DNA from: Podarcis filfolensis
Lineage: Eukaryota
Direction: 5' to 3' (one strand)
DNA: 64,000 nt
NCBI GenBank assembly: GCA_964270895.1
Contig: OZ185441.1
Positions 13,204 to 27,929 of the stretch are shown one piece after another. The notes under the pieces were generated by a model, which made no database searches, had not been told where the DNA came from, and saw nothing but the letters and a program-made list of their open reading frames with translations. A program made the translations under genes and the position numbers. Numbering within the stretch: position 1 is the stretch's first letter; the number at the start of each line of letters is the position of its first letter.

Positions 13204-13709
13204 GAGCAGTAGCAACGAAGTCTGGAGAGAAAGGCAGTGACTGCAGTACTGGGAGCCTGCTCGTTCGTGCTATGTCATCACTTAGCTTAGTGCTATGTGC
13301 AACCTGGACTGCTAACTAGCTTGCATTGGTACGAGTGCTGGTGCTGTAATGGCTTTTTGTAGACATTCATTGGATCAAACTCTTAGTAGAACAGGATGCA
13401 TCATGCAGCTTTCTGTTCATAACAAGTAGCATTATGCAACTTACTTTTTTCTGTTAAAAACAAAATAATTCAGTGTTTAAAACACTGAAGAACAAAATGC
13501 TGTGTTTGCAAGTAATGAGGTACAAAGAGTGGATGGATTATCAATTTATCACTAGGGAAGAAGCCAGTTTGAAGATAATGTAGTCTGCGATTTGGCAGCC
13601 AAAACTCCTATTCATGTCTTTTCCTCTCATTTCAGTCTCAAGTGATGCATCAGCCTGCACTTGAGACAGATAACCTGCTGTTACATACATGCCCTTCAGG
13701 ATGATTATA

Positions 13710-13958
13710 CAGTGGTACCTTGGGTTACAAACGCTTCGGGTTACAAACACTTCGGCTTACAGACTCCGCTAACCCGGAAGGAGTACCTCTGGTTAAGAAC
13801 TTTACCTCAGGATGAGAACAGAAATTGCACAGCGGAGGCAGCGGCAGCGGCAGCAGTGGGAGGCCCCATTAGCGAAAGTGGTACCTCATGTTAAGAACTG
13901 TTTTGAGTTAAGAATGGACCTCTGGAATGAATTAAGTTTGAAACCCGAGGTACCACTG
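13710..13958. mobile_element. Tc1/mariner (Tigger-like) MITE
   Basis: TIRs CAGTGGTACCT / AGGTACCACTG; TA on both flanks. Confidence 0.85.
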
Positions 13959-15350
13959 TATTTTAGTTCATACATCTGAGCACAGCCAATGGAGCAGAAT
14001 AATAGAAGCTTGTGATGTGCTCTTGAGCAGGGAGCTTTGTGAGTTCCCCCAGTGGGCACGGCCCAATTTGTATTATTTCCAGTTATGTGCTGCGCATAAC
14101 TATATTATTTCCAGTTATGCATAGCACCAGAGGCTGAATTGTGTGGAGAAAGGAAGTAGATCTCTAATAGAAGAAATGGCTTCTGCCCCAGGTCAGAGAA
14201 AGGAATTAGTCATAGGCCTTTTCACAGTGGAAACTACCAAAAAGCCGAGCCCCATATTGACTCACTTAACCACTGAAGTATTTTAATTTCTGACCTATTC
14301 TTTTGCGTCGAACGAAAATATTCGTGTGCAGAATATGTATGAGGGAGGCAGAGGTAAAAAACATCGGATAGAGAGCAGCAAATAGTAGAGGGGAAGCTGT
14401 TGTGGAAAGTTTCTTCCTTACTGTGCACACATGTTCAAGACAGCTTTTCTTAAGATAAACACCCTTAAAAGAGACTCCACCTCATTTTTAATGACCACTG
14501 GGTGTTGTTGGTTTGTGCTGTGTTTCTGCTTCTTATTTGAAAGTATATGTTCTTCTCAGAGCCGTAGCTACGGGGTGGGTTGGGGGGCTTGCCAGGTTTT
14601 TTTGCCCCAGGTCAATGCTCCAGCTGGTCACCATTGGGGCTCCAAGCCCCCCCCCCCCTCTCTCTCTCTCTCTGTGTACACAAATGCATGTTGTGGGGGT
14701 GCCAAACTGGGTGAAATAAAGCCTAGTTTGGCCCCAACTTCTCCTCTTCATTCAGATGGTCATGGTTAGATTCTTTAGCTGCAAATGTTAGCCATTATAG
14801 TAGGTAAAGGGAAGCTTTTTTTCCAGCTTGAGGGCCACCTTCTGGAGAAACCTTCTTGAGACCATATGCAGGCAGGGCCTGGAGTAAAAGTGAATTGAAT
14901 TTTACCTTTGCAGAGTAGCCTGTTTCCTTCACAAGCATACATCCCTCATCCTACTCTACCCTCTATCCCGGCAAGTAAGAAGCATTATCAGAATTCAAGG
15001 ACACATTCCAGCCAGGCAAAACCACTCAAGGGTATAAATTAGGGATGGTGAGGGGTGTGTCTTGGGACAGAGTATGTGACAGAGAGAGTCCTGCATTTTG
15101 TTATTTCCTTGAAAATACTGTACAGTTCCAAAGCCACGTATACTTCAGCAAGCAGAGAAGGAGGAAATGCATACGGATTGCAGATATGGATTGTTTTAAT
15201 CAGGAAATTTCAAAAATAAAAATGTACATTCTTGCAGCAAAATATCAAATAAAACTTGCCCAGTTATTTGGAACAGGTAACGAAGCACAATACAGCTTCA
15301 AACACATTGAATTGCTAGGAAAGAAAGTGGTCTACTCCTTAATTCATAGG

Positions 15351-15592
15351 CAGTGGTACCTCGGTACTCAAACGGATTAGCTCTCGAACATATCAGCTCC
15401 CGAACGCCACAAACCCGGAAGTAAGTGTTCCAGTTTGTGAGCGTTTTTCGGAAGCCAAATGTCCGGCGGGGCTTCCGCTTGAGTGCAGGAAGCTCCTGCA
15501 GCCATTCGGAAGCTGCGCCTTGGTTTTTGAACAGTTTCGGGAGTCAAACGGACTCCTGGAAAGGATTAAGTTCGAGAACCAAGGTACCACTG
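15351..15592. mobile_element. Tc1/mariner (Tigger-like) MITE
   Basis: TIRs CAGTGGTACCT / AGGTACCACTG; TA on right flank only; CpG-rich interior. Confidence 0.8.
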
Positions 15593-16044
15593 TAGTAAGA
15601 AAGTATGGTGAACATTATAAGGTGCAGTTGGAAAAGAATAATGATGGAAACCATGGAGGGGTGGAGGGAAGTCTAGTTATTCAGAGAATCCTGTGTATAC
15701 ATGATTATGATTTATTTGTGATGATAATTGTTAAAGATAAAAATGAATAATTTTTTTAAAAAAGGAGTTGCTCCTCACCCATGCCAGCTATTCACAAAAT
15801 GAATAGCACACACAGCTTCCTCCCTCCCCCATTCCAGCTGGGACTGCAGCAAAGGGTTAACACACACCACAGAGCCACAGTCCAATCTGGCTTGCTGTCA
15901 TCCCAGAAAAAATGAGCTTTGCAAGTCTGGTGTCCTTCAGAGAGATGCAACAAACCCGTCAGCATTCAGCTAGCCTCAGAGAATGACTTAATTTGGATAC
16001 GTATGCAATGGATCCCAAGCTTTCTTCTTGTTCTTTTCTCACAG

Positions 16045-16160
16045 GCCTGGAGAGGAGATGAGCGGGAGGATTGGCTTCCTCATACTTACCAGGATTTAGA
16101 AGGTCTGCCTTGCATTGTTGTTTTAACTGGCAAGGATCCGCTAGGGGAAACGTTTCCCAG
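16045..16160 (+). CDS. GREB1L: GREB1L coding exon 8/21
   Basis: cag|..|gtatgc; 116 nt; AWRGDEREDWLPHTYQDLEGLPCIVVLTGKDPLGETFP(R). Confidence 0.95.
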
Positions 16161-17046
16161 GTATGCTCCGAATTCTACAGTGCAAATGTTATTTCAAAAG
16201 CATCTTAAGATATATGCATAACTTCTAAGCACTTATTTTACGTGATTATCTGCAAAGGTAACACTTTTTTAGTCTCTCGCACACCCTCATTGTAAAATGC
16301 ACAACCTCATTGTGAAAATACATGCTCTTGACTGAAATGAATATTTCATTTATTTATTTGCTTATTCATTTCAGTGGTTTCACAATTATTTTATTTAAAA
16401 GCATTTATTCTGCTTTTCAGCAGAGTTATAAGGGCAGTATGCAATCATGGTAATAAAACACTGATATCAAAAGTAGAAAATCACACTTGATTAACAGGAG
16501 CAGAACAACGGTTTTAAAAAATTCAACAGGAGCATGCTAGCCTTAAGGCTTTAGATAACTCTCAGCCTGGGAAAAGACCAGGGTCCTGATTCACCTGGCC
16601 TGGCTGAGGCTCCACTATTCATTGCTACTTCTTCTGCAGGCCACAGGATACATGGATAGACACAGTCAGGCTTTTAAACACAGACTATAATGTATATGAA
16701 GGTTTTGACTCTGTACCCAAAGCTTTATGTTGAATTTTTGCAAACCGTTGTTCTGCTCCTGTTAATTAAGTTTGGTTTTCTACTTTTGATATGAGGGTTT
16801 GATTACTATGATTGCATACTTTTATATTTGAAAAAGCTGCTGTTTTGGTCTTTTACATTCCGATTTGTGTGGTTGTGGAGCATGAGAAGCTGCAACGGAA
16901 TCATTCTCAGACTCTGGGAATTATGGAAGAGCCACATCCTCAAGCTGGGGCAGTGTAGAAGGAGGGTGCTAAGGGCTCTTCCTCAAGTGGGGCTATTGGG
17001 GTGCCATCTGAATTGGAGTCCTCCTCAGGCCAACACTGGGGCCTTG

Positions 17047-17295
17047 AAGAAGAGGAGGAGTTTGGATTTGATATCCCGCTTTATCACTACCTAAAGGAGT
17101 CTCAAAGCGGTTAATATTCTCCTTTCCCTTCCTCCCCCACAACAAACACTCTGTGAGGTGAGTGAGGCTGAGAGACTTCAGAGAAGTGTGACTGGCCCAA
17201 GGTCACCCAGCAGCTGCATGTGGAGGAGTCGAGACGCGAACCCGGTTCACCAGATTACAAGTCTACTGCTCTTAACCACTACACCACACTGGCTC
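17047..17295 (-). mobile_element. tRNA-headed SINE (Squam3-like)
   Basis: Minus strand GAGCCAGTGTGGTGTAGTGGTTAAGAGC...GGGTTCGCGTCTC (A/B boxes), core gggtgaccttgggccagtcac, short simple-repeat tail; family name from recall. Confidence 0.75.
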
Positions 17296-17660
17296 TCTTG
17301 AGGCCAGGGGGGTTGGTACCAAGAAAGGGGGAAACATTTTGCTGTGTCAAATCAGAAAGTAAAAGACTGAAACAGCAGCTTTTTCCAAAAATAAAAGATC
17401 AAATGAAGGCTCTATCCCATAGTTCTATGGATTCCCTCGTTCCCGCATTCCAGTCATCTGCTTTCTAGTGTAACTTGAGAAAGCAGTATGTTTCTTGTGA
17501 ACTAAAAACTGCATCTCCTTTTTTCCAGTACAGGTTATTGATGCGCTTCAGAGTGCATGCGTATTGCTTAAACCGCAGCCCAAAATGTTTTATTGAAATA
17601 ATAATAATGATGATGATGATGATGCAATAATGCACCCCTTGTTAAATCCTTATATATTGA

Positions 17661-17972
<312 letters not shown>

Positions 17973-18159
17973 TAGACATTGGACTTTGTGGAGGTGCTGA
18001 ATAGTCAGCAGTTAAGCAAGCAGGAATGTAAGAAGCAATTTCAGTTTTTATAAGAGAAAATAGAAGAATGGGAATGAGGCATAGATCTCAGAGTGGGAAG
18101 GAGGACAAGGGGAAGATGGTATAGAGGGGAAGTGGAAAGGAAGTGATGTAAAATCAGAC

Positions 18160-18627
18160 TTTTATTTATTGATTGATTTGATTTGTATACCACCATTCAT
18201 CTGTAGAGCTCAGGGGGGTTCACAACATTAAAAATACAAGCTAAAAACACAAACTACATAATAAAAACAAGAAGAAACAAAACAACACAAAATAATAACC
18301 CCCTTCTCCCCAACCCCTTCTGCAAACATATTTAAAAGGGCATAGGATGTTAATTAGCCCAAGGCCTGGTTGAAGAGGAACATGTGTGCTTGCTTCTGAA
18401 AGGTATTTAATGAAGGCACCAGCCAAACCATCCTGGAGAGAGTATTCCACAGGCGGGGAGCCACTGCAGAAAAGGCCCATTCTCATGTCATGGACCTCTG
18501 GTGGAGGAGGCACACAAAGAAGGGCCTCAGATGATGATCGCAGAGTCTGGTTAGGTTCATATGGAGAGAGGTGGTCCTTGAGGCATTGTGTTCCTGAACC
18601 GCTTAAGGCTTTATAGGTCAAAACCAG
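18160..18627 (-). mobile_element. L2-type LINE 3' end
   Basis: Decayed ORF2 end (YKALSGSGTQCLKDHLSPYEPNQTLRSSSEALL) followed by T-rich 3'UTR and AATAAAT-type tail. Confidence 0.75.
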
Positions 18628-19312
18628 TTTGGACTTGAAACAAATTGGCAGTCAGTGCAGTTGTACCAGGATTGATGTAATGGCTTTTCCCATCATAGTG
18701 CTATATAAAAACAGGAGAAGCTGTGCGTGGTAGGATGCTCCTTCCTGTCATGGAGACATTTGAACCCTTTAACTATGATCAGTTAATGACAAATGTGGGC
18801 TATCCCTTTAATCATAATCAGGAGCAGATTAAAGATACTTCGGACATATCGCCAAACCATGGTTTAGCACAGGGGTAGGGAGCTACAGCCAGCCAGCATG
18901 CTTGGATTCTAATCTCCATGAGTTTGAGGGATGAGTTTGATAGGTGGATGGGGCATAGTAACGCCAGGTGGCCCATTTTTACCTGTGTGGTTTTAAATCA
19001 GACAACATGGGCAAAAAAAGTGTATGTTGCCTCAAGGCTTCCCAAGTGCCATCAGTCAGTCCTGCTCATCTGTCAGAGTTGGCCCGTCTTAGACCCTGTA
19101 GGTTGTTGCCTGTGTCAAGACAGTCAGGAATACAGTGACAGGGCCAGCCACACCTGTTAACACTTCAGCCAGTCATCAGACTTTTAAATGAGAATTCTCA
19201 GATTTGTAGCAGAAGAAGATCTGGCTGGTTAGATCTAATTCACTAACTCACCAACCATTTCATCTCCTGCCTTTTTGTGGTGTCCATAAACAGAATGAAG
19301 TCATTTACAGTA

Positions 19313-19526
19313 CAGTGGACGCTCGGGTTGCGAACGTGATCCGTGGGGGATGCACGTTCGCCATCCGCAGCGGTGCGTCTGTGCACGCGCGGGTTGCGAT
19401 TCGGCGCTTCTGCGCATGCACGACCCCCGAAACCTGGAAGTAACCCGTTCTGGTACTTCCGGGTTTTGGCTGGTCCATAACCTGAAAAAACGCAACCTGA
19501 AGCATCTGTAAACAGAGGTGTGACTG
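19313..19526. mobile_element. Tc1/mariner-type MITE
   Basis: TA|CAGTGGACGCTCGGGTT ... GAGGTGTGACTG|TA; CpG-rich. Confidence 0.7.
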
Positions 19527-19604
19527 TATAAATCTTGTAAGCAGAAAACGTGTGTGACATACTTTAGCTTACTGAGTGTTTTTCAGTTTCTTTCTTTCTT
19601 TCAG

Positions 19605-20158
19605 GTTCTATAGCAGAAAATGGTGTGAGCTCCTCCAGTGCTACGGACAAGTCTCAGAAGCTGCCGCCACCCCTGAACTTCCAGAATGTGGCCCAGAGTT
19701 CAGTTGATGAAGGATTTGCTGCCGGGGAGACCTTGAAACAAGAATGTGACTCTCTTGGCAACCAGGTAGCAAGCAGCACCACTTCTAAACTGTCAGCAGC
19801 AACCTCCTCCGTCAGCCAGTCATTCCGGTGGCCAGGCCAGTCTGTGAAAGAAGGCAAGGCTTTGCGGGTGTCCTTGCCCCGGACTGTGATCTTATCCAAA
19901 GCCGCCTACTGCCTTCTTGGTGCCCAGAAGAGTGGGCAGCATCCCTTCTCCTCTTCTCTCTTGCCTCATGCCGATGTGTCTTGGGTGAGCTCTCTGAGGC
20001 CTTTGATACACAAGGATATGGCCAGTGAAGAGCAGTCTTTGTACTACAGACAGTGGACTGCAGCTCGACAGCACCATGTGGACTACAATAATCACGGGGA
20101 TACCACCGGCGGCAGGAACTTTCACCCACGGCGGCTGCTTCTAACGGGACCTCCGCAG
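19605..20158 (+). CDS. GREB1L: GREB1L coding exon 10/21
   Basis: cag|..|gtaatg; 554 nt; [18 protein letters not shown]...[15 protein letters not shown]. Confidence 0.95.
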
Positions 20159-20980
20159 GTAATGTCCTCTTTGGGACTGTTGTGGCAGCTCTCAAATTTC
20201 AGGGTCATTAGGGGTGGGTCAAAATGTTTTAGCAGCTCAGAAGGGCTGGGCTTTAGGGTATAGAAAGGCATGTTAGGATACACACAAGCGTGCCAGTGAG
20301 AGAAGTCAACTGTTTTTCTTCCATGCTTCCTTATTCCTGTGTTTGCATAATCCTGCAAACCACTGCATAGAACACTTTGGAAAGTGAGAGCAAATCTGTG
20401 GGTTGACTTAATATCAGTAGCACATGACCTTACTTTGCTACTGAGCAAAGTAACTACTAGTGTGATCATTGTAGCAAAGGTTTGCTCTAGATTTACTTAC
20501 AGTGGTTTGTTGGAGTGAAACAAACTATGATTCCTGGTTCAAATGTAATGCTAAGCCTCAAGCATCATGGCTTGTTTCCTCCTCAAGCAGGTGATAGCGA
20601 GACGAAAAAGCCCAGTAAGCTTCCTTTATGGTAAGCCACCAACTGGTTTACTGTGAACTGGGCCAATATTGTATCACAGTATTGCTGTATCAGCGTTGCT
20701 GCAGAAGGGCAGCCTTCTTGAATTAGATATCTATCTAATTCTAATTCTTTTCCCTTTGATCACAATAAGATGATGTTGCATTATGTGACATAGGATCACA
20801 TAATGCTCTCTCTGCAAAAGGACAAATACAAAAACGGGGACTTAAACTGCATAGTGACTGGTGATGGTTGTTGGGCCATGCTGGGCCACTTTAGCAGATC
20901 TTCAAATGAAAGTTCATAGCAGACAAAAATACTTCTCCGATTATACATTTTTCTGAGAGTTCCCTCCCCTCTTTGTTTAG

Positions 20981-21091
<111 letters not shown>

Positions 21092-21586
21092 TAAGGTCCA
21101 ATTATAATTTCTTATGTAAGGGGTGAGTTTGTTAGACTTGCATTCTTGTCCAACATTCTCCTTGATCATCATAAATAATGTACATAATGTAACTATAAAG
21201 AATATTTTCGACACAATTGCCTAGCTTTCAAAGTTGCTAAATTGAACTGCCCAAGCTCTGGGGGTTTTAAACTATTCTAACATCTTGGCCTTGTTTAATT
21301 CCTAGGAAGCTACTATCTAGTTTGTTTAGGGTGCTGGGGATTATAACTCTGTGAGGGAAAGAATGTGCTTTGAATGTGCTTTAAAGATGGAATGTGCATG
21401 CAACCTCTCAGCACCAGACCTTCATCTGTAAAAATGGGAGCGAGTTGTGAGTTGTTGTCAGAGCAGTTGTGACAGCAGCATACTGAAATGTATGTTGATG
21501 TGCCTGGAGAACTTAGGTAGTGGGAAAGTACTGTATAAATAATAATATTTTGTTTGGTATCAGTATTCATAAGATTCCTTTTTCAG

Positions 21587-21742
21587 GTCATACAGAGGAC
21601 AAAGAAATTGTCCAGCCTAGCAATGATCAGTGGCCTGATGTTGAAATAATCAGCAAAATGCCTTTTGACCTCAGTGTGCATGATCCTAAATATTTCCTCA
21701 TGAGTCTGGTATATACAAACCAGCTACAAAGAATAAAACAAG
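21587..21742 (+). CDS. GREB1L: GREB1L coding exon 12/21 (GC donor)
   Basis: cag|..AAG|gcaagt; 156 nt; [35 protein letters not shown]...RIKQ. Confidence 0.88.
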
Positions 21743-21883
21743 GCAAGTGAAAACTGATTTTGCTGCTTTCTTCTTCCTAGCCATTTGAAACATTTTAGAA
21801 AGCAATTGATCTTTCAGTTCTGTTGTGAACATTTAAATAACTAGCAGGAATTGCCTTTGTTCCTTCACTGTCTCCGTCCACAG

Positions 21884-22023
21884 AACCAAGCAAAGAAACC
21901 AAAGCTGAGGAACACAGAAAGCGGGCTACTGTGTCTATGATGTTGACAAAGTATGCAGCTTACAATACTTTCCATCACTGTGAACAGTGCCATCAATATA
22001 TGGACATAAACCCTTCAGCTCCG
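21884..22023 (+). CDS. GREB1L: GREB1L coding exon 13/21
   Basis: cag|..|gtacgc; 140 nt; [46 protein letters not shown]. Confidence 0.92.
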
Positions 22024-23599
22024 GTACGCAGGGCTTCCATTTAGACCTGGGCTTCAAGTCACACAACCACATTAACAATCGCTCATTTTATCTTGGGAAC
22101 AAGTTAGAAACCTCTACAGATCTGCTGAAAAGCACCCAGAGATCTGCTGGTGGACCTTCTGATCTACCTTCTGCCAATCCTTGCTCCAGATCACTCTTTC
22201 AGAGTAGAAGACAAGAATGCTTCTAGTACAAGGGGTGGGGAACCTTTTTGCAGCCTGAGGTCCACACCCTATTCTAAGGCAGCCTCCCAAGGGCCACATG
22301 CTCCAGGGGTGGGCAGAACCATAGGCAAATGTAGGCAGCACAATAAATGTGGATTTTTCCTTCTTCTGGTAGGCTAGTTCTGTGTCAGGGACTGGCAGAA
22401 CGCGGACGAGTGTGCACCAGGGCTGAAGGAGGGCTGGAGTATGACTCGGAAGAGGGAGTCAGTGATTTGTGGGGAACTGTTCCAGCCACAAGGCAAGGGT
22501 CAGAGGTAGGGGAAGCTCCAGAGCTGGAAGGTGGAGCACAGGTTGGGTTGGAAGAAGAGGAGAAAGAGGCAGGTCAGGCAAGTGAAGGGCCAGGTGCTTC
22601 CCCACCCTTTTCTGCACCACTGTCTCCCAGAAACAGGAAGGGATTGAAAAGGGATGAGCAGAGGACATTGCCATGCAGGCAATGTTTCAGCCTGCATGCA
22701 CGCAGCCCATCAGGGGGAGGGACATAAACTGGTCGAGGGGGAGTGGTCCCCTGTTGCTGCAACTGCTCCATAGAGCACAGACCTGGGAATTGCTGCCCAG
22801 ATGCTACATTGGGGGGGGGGGTCTAGAACTTTAGGAGCGACTATATGTGTTATCTTGGACACTAAAGAGTTAACTATCTGCCATGTACATTCCTCTGGCT
22901 GGGAAGCACCCTTGACATTCCATCACACTCAACCTTCTGCCTCTGTCCTCCATCCAGGTAAGCAAGAAGCATTATCAGGCACATTCCAGCAAGACTAAAG
23001 AGGGGTGTGACTCAGGAGGGTAGCTTTGGGAGAGTTCAGAGGGCAAGATAAAGAGATCTGATCTAGCAGAAATGCCTTAATGCTTTACCAAATCCCAAAT
23101 TGTGGAATTTTTTATGAGAAGCTATGATGCATAATGGTTTAAAATCAACATAACATTGTAGATCTTTAAAGGGCATGCAGGTTTGCTGAATTGTGTTCTG
23201 GGACCCGATCCATCTGTTCAGCTGTAAGATGTATTATTCTGCCATCGCACACATAACCACACACATGCAGTGCAAGAGGTGTAAGGTGTACCTTGTCCAT
23301 TGGCTTTCTTGCCCATCTGCTCTGCAACGTTCGCACAAAAAACCTTCTTCAGTTCAGAAAATGTGGTGGTGCTTCTCTTTTTCCATTACTATGCAACAAT
23401 GTGTAGAGTAACCAACTTGTACTAAACAACAGGAGTTTTAAAGCAGCCTGATGTAAGAAGTGAGAATGACAAATGCCCTATACTGTAACCTTGCAAATAA
23501 TAAAACTGTAGAAGACTGAGCCACTGTAGCTGTGTTCCTAGACTTAGTAGATTATTTTCTGTGCAAGATTTATCCAACTGTGTTGCCCACACTTGTTGA

Positions 23600-23863
<264 letters not shown>

Positions 23864-24151
23864 TAGCATAATATTTCAGTATAGCTCAGCTCTGAGAAAC
23901 TGATCTAGAGTCTGAAGTTAGTTCCCCTCTACATTGCTCCTCCCCCTCAGGAATTAACCATCACAAGCATCTCTGGCCATAAAGTAAGCCTTGAGTTACT
24001 ATGGGCCATGGATGACTAGGTCTTCACATCAGTAGAGTTACCACAACCCAAGGAAGCTACAAGAGGTGCTCAAGTGAATCCACACCCCTCACTCTTGCTG
24101 CATATTGTTAGAAGCTTGCTGATCTTCTGCTTGTTGTTATGTCATGAATTT

Positions 24152-24156
<5 letters not shown>

Positions 24157-24214
<58 letters not shown>
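24157..24214. repeat. (TA)n microsatellite
   Basis: About 29 perfect TA units. Confidence 0.95.
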
Positions 24215-24218
<4 letters not shown>

Positions 24219-25425
24219 CAATCTTTGGCTTCATGGATGAATTCATATGCCACATTCCCAATGCCCCAAACTGCGCTTTGGAAGATTAGGAATATGCTCT
24301 TAGCTCATGAACATTCTCTTACAATCTCTCATGCATGGATTCCATTTCATTTCCTAGTTTGCATGACCATAGTTTGTTGTGACATCCAAATTAGGAAAAT
24401 TCTGGTTAATAGTAAACAAAATTGACCCCAAAGCCGCTTTAAACTATACATTTCATCATCAAGGTATGGACGTAATTCCAGTTAGCTCTAAGCATAGCTT
24501 GTCTAATCTGGATCTCATTGTGAGAAACTAGAGGATGCAAACCAGGAAAGGGATGAGGAGGCCCATGTCTAGAAGGGATAAAGAGGACAGATAAGGGAGC
24601 TTGCAAGCCCAGCACATGTTTCTAAGCTTCCAAACTGTGGTTTGGAGCACTGAGAACCTTACCTAGTCCAGCATGTGTTTCCCACAGTGCCCAACTAGAT
24701 GCCTGTGGGAAACCCATAAGCAGGATATGAGGGCAATAGCTCTCTCCTGCTGTTATTCCCCAGTGACTAGCAGTCAGAGGCATGCTGCCCCTGACTGGTG
24801 GTAGAACATGCTCATCATAACTAGTAGTCATTGACAGCCTTAATCTCCATCAATTTGTCTAATCCCCTTTTAAAGCCACCATTACATCTTCCATAGTTCA
24901 ACACTGGGCTTTGTAAAGAAGCACTTCTTTTTGACGTAATATGTCAGCTGCAAGTCAAAACAATGATTAATGTTAGCAAAGGCCTATCAGTATGACAGAC
25001 TATTTTAACACACACACACATGCCCCAAATGTTATTGATTGCCATTCCTTTACAGAATGCTGTGGTTCTCTTTAGTTGTCATTGAAGCAAGCTACTTTGT
25101 TTTAACTGAAAGCACGAAGTGAGAGCAAAACAACTTTCTCTCTGTTATGTTGTGGCCTGCAGAGTTTAGGGAACGGGCTAATTTTTTTTACCCAGCCTTA
25201 GCAGACCCATCAATGTTTCCTATAGAAGTCAGTTGGAGTAATTAATTTCTGTAGGAAAAGGATGAGTCAAGTGAGAAATATGAAGAACCCTATGATTGAC
25301 AAAGTTTGGTCTACCAGTGTGCATGTTCTCCCTACAAGAAAGTTGGGTATATCACCTCAGAAACAAAGAGAGATGTGTTGTGCCCAACATATATGAACTC
25401 TTCTTTTCTCTTGTGCTGCTAACAG

Positions 25426-25630
25426 AACCTGAATGCAGTAAAGAGTCCTATTTTCACTCCTTCAAGTGGACGCCATGAGCATGGTCTCTTGAATCTATAT
25501 CATGCTATGGAAGGTATCAGCCACCTCCATCTGCTTGTGGTGAAGGAATATGAAATGCCACTTTACCGCAAATATTGGCCCAACCACATCATGCTGGTTT
25601 TGCCAGGAATGTTCAACAATGCTGGAGTTG
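25426..25630 (+). CDS. GREB1L: GREB1L coding exon 15/21
   Basis: cag|..|gtaagc; 205 nt; [30 protein letters not shown]...FNNAGV. Confidence 0.95.
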
Positions 25631-26531
25631 GTAAGCATTTATATAGTCCTAACTTTTTGATTCGAAACATACCAGTTAATGACATGGAAACATAATTATA
25701 GGGAGCAGTATCCAGTTAGCATTAAATGTGTAAGTAGTGAAGAGATTTCTTTGTTGTTTATAATTCTTCTCTTATCTATGCACATGCAGGCACTTTCTCT
25801 CCCTCCCTCCCTTTATTCTCTTTGATTTCCACTACAATTTCACTTACATGTACTGTTTTGTATGGTATGTTAATGGACACATCTAAGATGGTCTTGCTCA
25901 CATTGGGTGTTTGGTGTTGGCAGTTAGCAAAATGTGGGGGGAATTTTGGAACTTAGGAAGTTTTGGTAATATTTTTGTTTGTTGGTTACATTTCCTGCAT
26001 TTCCTCCAGACAGATAATGGTAGCATACATACAGTACTTCTCCTCCCCCCGCCCCCGAGCTTCTCCATTTTATCCCCACAACAATTCTGTGAGGTAGTTT
26101 AGGCTGAGAGATAGTGACTGACTAAAGCTCAGCTTGTGAGCTTCATTAGGAGAACTGAAATTGTGCAGAATGCTTATTCCAGAAATCTGGAAGTAAAATC
26201 CGGCCACTCTTCTAGGTTCATCTTGGGGCCTCCCAGTTTCATTCATGACTGCATAAAGAATAAGATCCCATAATTCAGCTTCACTGAATATTTTCAGAGA
26301 TTTGAATACTGTTTAAATATATTAGCATAGCTAAAGCTTTGGCAGTGCTTTAGAATTCAGTGGACCTAGCATGGTGACTTCCTCTTCAATGCCATGCCAT
26401 ATGGTGGTTCTTTGACCTTAGAAGACATGATTGACTGCAGCCAACACTCATTGGACAGTCGGCCAGTTTCCAATTAGTCCTAGCTTCAAAGTCTGTCTTT
26501 GGACCATTTCATACAACATAATTCCACTTGA

Positions 26532-26828
<297 letters not shown>

Positions 26829-27297
26829 TAAGTCAGTGTCTCAAAATTAGAGACTAGGAACTATAGCAGAATCTTGGATCACTACACTATTAGCCCCTTC
26901 ACACATTATCCATGCTTTGACGGGGCAGCAGTGTTGGGTGATGTTGAGATAAGACCAGCAGCAGCATGGCTAAGCTGCCCCTTCTCACATGTGTAACTGG
27001 GTAGAATGTGTGTTTCTTGCTGATTTGATTTGGAACACTGCTTTGTACTTCTAATATATCTAGTATTTCTACGTTCTAGACATAGTTTTTTGAAAGATGA
27101 GCAACATGAAAAAGAGACAAAGAGTATGATAAGACTGATCACTCCATGCAGCCTAGTATCTCTTAAAGCAAGCACAATAATTTCCAAACAACCCTGTGAG
27201 GTACAAAGCTGCAGTAGAGTCAGATTGCTTGGTCATAACTTGTTCCTCTGAGTGGAGTTGTGATGCAGTACAATAAAAAATATTTTGCGTTTCATAG

Positions 27298-27525
27298 TCA
27301 GCCCATGGATCAAGGATCAACGAGTAAAAATGTGTCTCTGAAGAGCGTTCTACAGCACATTGAAGCCACACCAAAAATTGTCCATTATGCAATACTGGGC
27401 ATTCAGAAATGGAACAGCAAACTGAATTTCAGAGCTCCCAAAGCTCCTTTCTCCAGGCGCCACATACATGACTTTATACTACTCAACGTAGACCTAACCC
27501 AAAATGTGCAATATGATCTAAACAG
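27298..27525 (+). CDS. GREB1L: GREB1L coding exon 17/21
   Basis: tag|..|gtagga; 228 nt; [38 protein letters not shown]...QYDLN(R). Confidence 0.95.
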
Positions 27526-27894
27526 GTAGGAAAATGCAACCCTTTTGCTGTCAGATGCGATACTAGTTTTGAATGTACAGGTGTCAGTGAGGCTTAAAGG
27601 AAGCCAACCCAGTAAAGAAAATAAGCTGAGTTATTTCTGAGATTGTAGCTCTGCCATATACAAGTTGGTGGCTTGAACAATATATTGAAAATAATACAGG
27701 CGTTGACCATTTTAGGTGTGTCCAATTGACATGAGATCTGCAGTGTGTGGTTCCTTTTGGACCTGGAAGAAGGCAAAATGAGGTTAAAGCAAAGGCGGAA
27801 CGGGGATGGGAAGGGGAGAATGGGTTGGGTTGGCAGGAGGCAGGAACGGAAATGGCCACCACTTGTATATGAAACCAACAAGAAATGGAGGTGG

Positions 27895-27895
<1 letters not shown>

Positions 27896-27928
<33 letters not shown>
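27896..27928. repeat. (TG)n microsatellite running into (TTG)n
   Basis: About 16 TG units. Confidence 0.95.
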
Positions 27929-27929
<1 letters not shown>

